In this document: piece by piece, positions 56,500-64,000 of the stretch
Layout: each line of letters begins with the position of its first letter
How positions within the stretch are numbered: position 1 is the stretch's first letter
Source of the DNA: Gammaproteobacteria bacterium
GTDB taxonomy: Bacteria; Pseudomonadota; Gammaproteobacteria; Magnimaribacterales; TMED112
Assembly: GCA_038147295.1 (NCBI GenBank)
Contig: JAYQTH010000002.1
Coordinates: 458,243-522,242 of the forward strand
Length of the DNA: 64,000 bases
Reading direction: 5' to 3'
Made by a program: the position numbers and the translations under genes
The notes under the pieces: model-generated
Seen by the model: only the letters and a program-made list of their open reading frames with translations
The model's database searches: none
Told to the model about the DNA's origin: nothing

Positions 56500-57115
56500 A
56501 TTTCATAGTTTCATTTTCTTGTTGGTGGTCGTTCTTCAATCTTATCAGTTGAACGCGAAAGATAAATTTTCAACTATGCTTTATGTGCAAAATGAAAGTA
56601 TTTGTTCAGATTGTATATTTCAGTTAAAAAATCACTTTTACAAATACCCAAAAAATTTTGAAAAATTTTTATCGACAAAGAGCTGGGTGGAAAGCTACTT
56701 TATTAGTTCAACTAATAATCTGCAAACCTACCACGTTATTATCAAAGAGCCCTTTGTAAAAAAATCTGAGGGAATGTACTTTGATACTAATTTAAATTTA
56801 TTTCATCTTCCCTTTAATGGAAAACTGCCATCTTTTGATTTTGAAGATACATTAGCTAAAGAAGATATTGCGGAGCTAAACCAAATTCTGAATCTGGAAT
56901 TAACTCAACACCTTTTGCATATCGAATGGACAAAAATGTTTGGATGGGAGCTTACTTATAATTTCGGGGTAGTTTTAATTGGGAAGAAAAATTTTATTAA
57001 AAAAATAAGCAAGCTAGAAAAAATACTTGAAGAAAAATGTTGCGATGAGTTGAACAGGGTAATTCTGGATTTAAGATATGACAAAGGCTATGTAATAAAG
57101 AAGCTTGATGTTTAA
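56489..57115 (+). CDS. ftsQ: FtsQ-like cell division protein (short, divergent)
   Basis: 208-aa ORF with an N-terminal TM segment. The call rests mainly on position between ddl and ftsA. Confidence 0.55.
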   Translation: MKIKFHSFIFLLVVVLQSYQLNAKDKFSTMLYVQNESICSDCIFQLKNHFYKYPKNFEKFLSTKSWVESYFISSTNNLQTYHVIIKEPFVKKSEGMYFDTNLNLFHLPFNGKLPSFDFEDTLAKEDIAELNQILNLELTQHLLHIEWTKMFGWELTYNFGVVLIGKKNFIKKISKLEKILEEKCCDELNRVILDLRYDKGYVIKKLDV

Positions 57116-58307
57116 TATAATTGATCTTGGCACCTCAAAAATAACAGGTATCACTGTAAAAGAATCTAATGGAATGCAAAAAGTGGTTGGCTTTTCATCA
57201 AAATCTACTGCCGGATTAAAAAAAGGCTCCATCATTAATATTACTGAGACTTCAAAGACGATTGCAGAAGTTGTAGAGGACCTTCAGAGTCAATCTGGAG
57301 AAAATATTCGAGCTGTAGATGTTTCTTTTTCTGGTGAACTTATATCGAGCACAAACTCTACAGGTTTGGCAACGATAAGTGACAAGGAGGTTTCTGTTAA
57401 AGATCAGCAATCTGCACTGCAAACATCAATTGCAATGAATGTTCCAGGAGATAAAGAATTGCTGAATGTTGTTCCATCTCAATACATTATTGATGGCCAG
57501 CCGGGAATTAAGGAACCAAAGGGTATGACTGGAGTAAGATTAGAAGTTAGAACTCATCTGGTGTACTGCTCAAAGAACTCAATAAGCAACATTAGTAAAT
57601 GCATAGAGGAGATCAATGGGCTGCAAATTAATAAATTCTATTTTAATCAATTAGGCGCAGCAAAATGCACTCTTTCTGATGATCAAATAGATTTAGGGGT
57701 TTGTCTATTAGATATTGGTGCGGGAACAACTGATTTGACTGTCTTTAAAAATGGCTCATTGATATTTTCTAAAGTCCTGCCATATGCTGGAGATTACATA
57801 ACAGAATCAATTGCCATAGCATTAAAAATTCCATCATCTCAGGCAGAGGAGCTTAAGAAGAAATATGGTTCATCTATCTCAGATAGAGTTGCTGATGAAT
57901 CGCTAAAGATTAATGGCATAGGTGGAGAAACTGATTTCAAGATTTCTAAAAGGATGCTGTGTGAAGTAATTGAGCAATCTATCTCTAATATCTTTCGTTC
58001 CTGCATAGGGTGCATTGAAGAAAATGGTCTTCAAGACTCTATTCCAGCAGGGTTTATTTTGAGTGGAGGTACTGCAAACCTTGAGAACATCGAGGAATTA
58101 GGTTCGGCTATAACGCAAAATTCCTTCAAAATAGGTTATCCAGAGAATGAGCCACCATTAAACAGTGAAAAATTAATTAAGCCTCAATATGGAGCTCCAT
58201 TAGGCATGGTTAAATTTTGTGCTGAAGAACAGAATAAAGAGTTTACCTTTAATCAAAGCAAGGGTATTATAGCCCGAGTGCTTGATTGGCTTAAATCGGA
58301 AATGTAA
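57105..58307 (+). CDS. ftsA: cell division protein FtsA
   Basis: Actin-fold motifs DLGTSK and DIGAGTTD. C-terminal amphipathic helix IIARVLDWLKSEM. Confidence 0.93.
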   Translation: MMFNIIDLGTSKITGITVKESNGMQKVVGFSSKSTAGLKKGSIINITETSKTIAEVVEDLQSQSGENIRAVDVSFSGELISSTNSTGLATISDKEVSVKDQQSALQTSIAMNVPGDKELLNVVPSQYIIDGQPGIKEPKGMTGVRLEVRTHLVYCSKNSISNISKCIEEINGLQINKFYFNQLGAAKCTLSDDQIDLGVCLLDIGAGTTDLTVFKNGSLIFSKVLPYAGDYITESIAIALKIPSSQAEELKKKYGSSISDRVADESLKINGIGGETDFKISKRMLCEVIEQSISNIFRSCIGCIEENGLQDSIPAGFILSGGTANLENIEELGSAITQNSFKIGYPENEPPLNSEKLIKPQYGAPLGMVKFCAEEQNKEFTFNQSKGIIARVLDWLKSEM

Positions 58308-58591
58308 TGCAAAACTACGAATTAATGTTACTTATGAATCCAAATATCAGCGATGAAGTTGATGAAATTTTGGATAATATTAAAAAAACCATTTCCGATA
58401 ATAAAGGTGAGCTAGAAGAAGTAAAATTACTTGGAAAAAGACAACTTGCATACCCTATAAATAATATGAATTATGCAAATTATGTTCACCTTAATGCAAA
58501 AATTAATGCAGAAACTCTAGTGGTTTTAGAGGAAATGTTTAAATTTGAGCAGAATATATTCAGACACCTAACCGTAAAAATTGGCAAATAA
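58307..58591 (+). CDS. rpsF: 30S ribosomal protein S6
   Basis: Begins [12 protein letters not shown]. The start overlaps the ftsA stop (TAATG). Confidence 0.93.
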   Translation: MQNYELMLLMNPNISDEVDEILDNIKKTISDNKGELEEVKLLGKRQLAYPINNMNYANYVHLNAKINAETLVVLEEMFKFEQNIFRHLTVKIGK

Positions 58592-58796
58592 TATGAGCGA
58601 CGACAAGAAAATAAATTTTGATTATAAGGATGCTGATTCATTAAAGCCTTTTATCTCTGAGAATGGAAAAATTCTATCAACAAGATATACCAGGCTAAAT
58701 GCCAAGCAACAAAGAAAACTCAATACTGCTATTAAAAGAGCTAGAGTGCTCGGTATCATCCCATTTACAGATAAACATAAGATAGAAGAAAGCTAA
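58581..58796 (+). CDS. rpsR: 30S ribosomal protein S18
   Basis: Contains DYKD...L..FISE.GKIL..R.T.L.AK.QR.L..AIKRAR.LG..PF. Confidence 0.95.
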   Translation: MANNMSDDKKINFDYKDADSLKPFISENGKILSTRYTRLNAKQQRKLNTAIKRARVLGIIPFTDKHKIEES

Positions 58797-59245
58797 TGAA
58801 AGTCGTTTTAGTGACTAAGATTAAAAACCTTGGTGATATAGGTGAAATTGTCGACGTAAAATCAGGCTTTGCCAGAAATTTTTTACTTCCCTACCACAAA
58901 GCATTACCAGCCACAGAAAAATACATAAAAGACTTTGAAGACAAAAAAGAAGATTATTTGAAGAAAGCGCAAGATGAACTTTCTTTAGCAGAAGCCAATG
59001 CACTCAATCTTGAAAAAATTGAACTATCATTAAAAGCTAATGCTCAAGAAAGTGGAGCACTATATGGCTCTGTTGGTATAACTGAAGTTCATGAAGCACT
59101 TCTTGCTGAAGGCGCTGATTATGTGGAAAGATCTTCAATTAATTTACCAGATGGTCCGATAAAAGAGGTCGGAGAATTTACTATAAACGTTGAACTTCAT
59201 CCTGAAATAGTTAAATCTATAGCTATAGAAGTTTTACCAGCGTAA
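58796..59245 (+). CDS. rplI: 50S ribosomal protein L9
   Basis: Begins [32 protein letters not shown]. Confidence 0.95.
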   Translation: MKVVLVTKIKNLGDIGEIVDVKSGFARNFLLPYHKALPATEKYIKDFEDKKEDYLKKAQDELSLAEANALNLEKIELSLKANAQESGALYGSVGITEVHEALLAEGADYVERSSINLPDGPIKEVGEFTINVELHPEIVKSIAIEVLPA

Positions 59246-60609
59246 TGCCAAATAGCAATATTGAAGCTGAGCAAGCCGTATTAGGTTCTTTGCTCTTATC
59301 CAAAGAAAAGTATCCAGAAGTTGATGCTCTACTTAGCTCTGCTGATTTTGAATCTGAGGTTCATAAAGAGATCTATGAATGCATTAAAGTGCTAGCAGAT
59401 CAGGGTAAAGGCATCGACCATATTACTGTTTCAAAGCAGCTTGATAGAAACAATGCATTAAAAAGAGTAGGTGGAATTGATTATTTAAAAGAGCTGCAAA
59501 CCATTCCAGTTTCTGCTCTTGCAGCTGATAGCTATGCAAATTTAGTTAAAGATCAATCAATTGATAGAAATCTAAGAAAAGTTTTGCAGGAGCTAATAAA
59601 TCTTTCACAAGATCCAAAAGGAAAATCAAGTGATGAAGTTCTTAACGAAGCAGAATCAAAAATCTTTGAATTATCCGAAAACAGGTCAAAAGAGGATTCC
59701 TTAAAAAAAATTGACATCTACGTAAAAGAAACACTGGATAAGCTTGATGATTTGTCAAAGAAAACAGGAGACTTAATTGGCATCTCTTCTGGTTTTAAAG
59801 CAATTGATGGCGTAACCCAAGGCCTAAAACCCGAGGAGTTAATTGTTATTGCTGGAAGACCAAGTATGGGAAAAACTTCACTTGCAATGAACATAGCCGA
59901 GAACGTTGCAAAGGAAGAAGATGGGTGCGTTCTGGTGTTTAGTCTCGAGATGTCTTCACAATCACTAACCTCAAGGATGATTGGGTCAATGGCTGGCATT
60001 TCTCAGCAAAGTATCATGCTTGGTAGAAATCTAACAGACAGGCAATGGGAAAAAATCGTTGAGAAAAGTAAGAGACTTGGTGATATGAATATCTTTATTG
60101 ATGACACTGCAAATATTAATCCAATGGAAATCAGAGCTAAAAGTAGAAGATTGGCTAAACAATTCAGGAAAGAGGGTGGAGTAAAATTAATTGTTATTGA
60201 CTACATCCAGCTAATGCAAATGCCTGGCAGAAATGATAACAGAGTCAATGAATTATCAGATATTTCAAGAGCTCTGAAACACCTAGCAAAAGAGGTAAAG
60301 GCACCAGTAATAGTATTATCACAATTGAACCGTAGCGTTGAGCAAAGACCCAATAAAAGACCTCAGATGTCAGACCTTAGAGACTCGGGAGCCATCGAAC
60401 AAGATGCAGATCTAATATTTATGTTGTATAGAGATTATGTTTACAAAAAAGAAGAGGAGTGGAAAAGTGTTGCAGAAGTTCGGTTGGTTAAACATAGAAA
60501 TGGTCCAACCAAAGATCTTTTACTTTCCTTCAGAGAAGAATTAACAAAATTTGGAGATCTTGCACCTGAGATTATGAATAGCTATGCGCAAGACAGAACT
60601 TCAGATTAG
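59245..60609 (+). CDS. dnaB: replicative DNA helicase DnaB
   Basis: Contains NIEAEQAVLGSLL, Walker A GRPSMGKTS and LSQLNR. Confidence 0.97.
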   Translation: MPNSNIEAEQAVLGSLLLSKEKYPEVDALLSSADFESEVHKEIYECIKVLADQGKGIDHITVSKQLDRNNALKRVGGIDYLKELQTIPVSALAADSYANLVKDQSIDRNLRKVLQELINLSQDPKGKSSDEVLNEAESKIFELSENRSKEDSLKKIDIYVKETLDKLDDLSKKTGDLIGISSGFKAIDGVTQGLKPEELIVIAGRPSMGKTSLAMNIAENVAKEEDGCVLVFSLEMSSQSLTSRMIGSMAGISQQSIMLGRNLTDRQWEKIVEKSKRLGDMNIFIDDTANINPMEIRAKSRRLAKQFRKEGGVKLIVIDYIQLMQMPGRNDNRVNELSDISRALKHLAKEVKAPVIVLSQLNRSVEQRPNKRPQMSDLRDSGAIEQDADLIFMLYRDYVYKKEEEWKSVAEVRLVKHRNGPTKDLLLSFREELTKFGDLAPEIMNSYAQDRTSD

Positions 60610-61627
60610 TCTCAGAAATCTAGATCACAATATTTCGGTAATTAAGTCAAAAACTACTTCCGACATACAGGCAGTAGTTAAAGCAAATCTTTATGGTCTC
60701 CAATTAGAAAAGATAATTGAAATCTTGGATCCACAGGTTGAATCATATGCAGTAATTACCCTAGATGAGGCAAGAGCTCTCAGAAAACTAACAAAGTTAC
60801 CAATACTTTTATTGCAAGGAGTTCATGAAAATGAAGATTATGAGGACATAAAACAACTTGAGCTAGATTTTGTTTTACACTCCTCCTGGCAAATTAAAGG
60901 CATTGATAAACACAATTTAGCAAACAACAGATTATGGTTAAAGTTAAACACTGGCATGAACAGACTTGGATTTGACGAACAAGAGTTTGCAGAACATTAC
61001 AACCTAATGACCAAAAAAAATTTTAAAGACTTAGTTGTAATGTCACATTTAGCTTCATCCTCTGATATTTCTAATAAGCAGAATCAATCTCAGATAAACA
61101 AATTTAATAAAATCACCAATGATATAAGCAATAAAAAAAGCTTAGCTAACTCAGGAGCATTATTTAATTACCCTGAATCTCATTATGACATCGTAAGAAC
61201 AGGCATGGCATTGTATGGTGGCAAATATCAAGAGTTTGGGATCAAATCAATTTCTTGCTTGCGTTCAAAAATTATATCAATAAAAAAAGTTTCTAAAGGT
61301 GAAACGGTTGGATACGATGGCGCATGGAGAGCAGAACAAGATACTTATATTGCAGCAATTGGTATTGGATATGGGGACGGATTTCCCTATTTTTCTCGGC
61401 CATATAACGTAAATATTAATGGAAATACCTATGAAACAGTTGGTAAAATCAACATGGATTTAATTACAATCAATATTGGTAATGAGCATGGAATAAATGT
61501 TGGAGATTGGGTGCAATTGTGGGGATATGAGACAAACTTATCTGAACTTTCCAAAAGCTTTCATTCAATTTCATACCAGTTATTAACAAATATATCGAGA
61601 AGAGTTGCTAAAAATTATTTAGAATAG
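60584..61627 (+). CDS. alr: alanine racemase
   Basis: PLP-Lys motif AVVKANLYG and TIM-barrel plus beta-domain pattern. dnaB-alr synteny as in Pseudomonas. Confidence 0.88.
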   Translation: MRKTELQISLRNLDHNISVIKSKTTSDIQAVVKANLYGLQLEKIIEILDPQVESYAVITLDEARALRKLTKLPILLLQGVHENEDYEDIKQLELDFVLHSSWQIKGIDKHNLANNRLWLKLNTGMNRLGFDEQEFAEHYNLMTKKNFKDLVVMSHLASSSDISNKQNQSQINKFNKITNDISNKKSLANSGALFNYPESHYDIVRTGMALYGGKYQEFGIKSISCLRSKIISIKKVSKGETVGYDGAWRAEQDTYIAAIGIGYGDGFPYFSRPYNVNINGNTYETVGKINMDLITINIGNEHGINVGDWVQLWGYETNLSELSKSFHSISYQLLTNISRRVAKNYLE

Positions 61628-63274
<1,647 letters not shown>

Positions 63275-63281
63275 TTTAACC

Positions 63282-64000
63282 ATGATGATAAAGCTAGGTA
63301 CTTCCGAAATTTCAAATGACAGTAAGCTAACAATCTTTGGTGGAGTAAATGTCATTGAATCTGAAGATTTATTATTTAAAGTAGCCGAAAAATTTTGCAC
63401 TCTTTCGGAAAAAATTGGGTTTAACTATATTTTTAAAGCATCTTTCGACAAAGCAAATAGATCTTCATTAGATTCATTTAGAGGTCCAGGCATTGAAGAA
63501 GGGCTAAAGGTTTTAGATAAGGTTAAAAGTACGTTTAATGTGCCTGTTATTTCAGATATTCATGAACCTGAACAAGCCAAAATGGCTGCCGAAGTTTGTG
63601 ATGTAATTCAAATTCCAGCCTTCCTTTGTAGGCAAACTGATTTAGTTGTGGCTGCAGCACAAACAAAAAAAATAATTAACTTAAAAAAACCACAATTTTC
63701 TTCTGCGTCAGAACTTTCTCATGCCATAAAAAAATGTGAGGTTTCTGGCAATCCCAACATAATTTTATGTGAAAGAGGTAATAGTTTCGGGTACAACAAT
63801 CTAGTTGTAGATATGTTAAATTTCCAGTTGCTTAAAGAATTAGCAAAGCCTGTTTTCTTTGATGTTACACATTCTTTACAGCAGCCGGGTGCTCTTGAAA
63901 AAAGCACTGGAGGAAGGGGCCAATATGTTTTCGAGCTTGCAAAAGCTGGAATTTCTCAAAAGATAGCAGGACTATTTTTGGAAACACATCCTGACCCTAG
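63282..64000 (+). CDS. kdsA: 3-deoxy-8-phosphooctulonate (KDO-8-P) synthase, 5' part (runs off window)
   Basis: Hand translation gives MMIKLGTSEISNDSKLTIFGGVNVIESEDL...FKASFDKANRSS...IQIPAFLCRQTDL...FDVTHSLQ. It is absent from the ORF track because there is no stop codon within the window. Confidence 0.93.
   Translation, partial: MMIKLGTSEISNDSKLTIFGGVNVIESEDLLFKVAEKFCTLSEKIGFNYIFKASFDKANRSSLDSFRGPGIEEGLKVLDKVKSTFNVPVISDIHEPEQAKMAAEVCDVIQIPAFLCRQTDLVVAAAQTKKIINLKKPQFSSASELSHAIKKCEVSGNPNIILCERGNSFGYNNLVVDMLNFQLLKELAKPVFFDVTHSLQQPGALEKSTGGRGQYVFELAKAGISQKIAGLFLETHPDP

Overview
This is an AT-rich, very gene-dense segment of a gammaproteobacterial chromosome that looks genome-streamlined. It is almost entirely housekeeping, and block order resembles Pseudomonas and E. 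coli. I found no CRISPR array, transposase, integrase or prophage genes, so I do not see a clear novel multi-gene system.

Gene order:
- rbfA'-truB-rpsO-pnp.
- A divergent pair: a pentein-fold hydrolase (CtlX-like) and ornithine aminotransferase.
- gloA, a large S8 lipoprotein protease, a GtrA-like protein and a GlcD-type FAD oxidase.
- Two tandem paralogous small membrane proteins next to tRNA-Met.
- ychF-pth-rplY-prs-tRNA-Gln-ispE-lolB, divergent from hemA-prfA-prmC.
- A GH84-like enzyme, an acyl-CoA ligase, a MaoC dehydratase, a beta-propeller lipoprotein and an MBL hydrolase.
- gatCAB, divergent from mreBCD plus a YhdP-like protein.
- mgtE, lptB, a mini lptA and kdsD, divergent from mlaC-murA.
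- degS-like, rplM-rpsI, petABC, sspA and an lpoA-like lipoprotein.
- A 21.5-kb single-strand array: rsmI, rnpB, ftsZ, rsmH, ftsL, ftsI, murE, murF, mraY, murD, ftsW, murG, murC, ddl, ftsQ, ftsA, rpsF, rpsR, rplI, dnaB, alr, pyrG, kdsA'.

Most notable observations:
- ftsZ sits at the head of the dcw cluster, in the position mraZ normally holds and directly behind the RNase P RNA gene. ftsA is instead stop/start-coupled to rpsF.
- rsmH has no ATG, GTG or TTG start.
- ispE reads 21 nt into tRNA-Gln to reach its stop codon.
- The two small-protein genes are separated by a strong intrinsic terminator.
- The Lpt/Mla locus is stripped down.
- Neighbouring genes overlap pervasively, both head-to-head and tail-to-tail.
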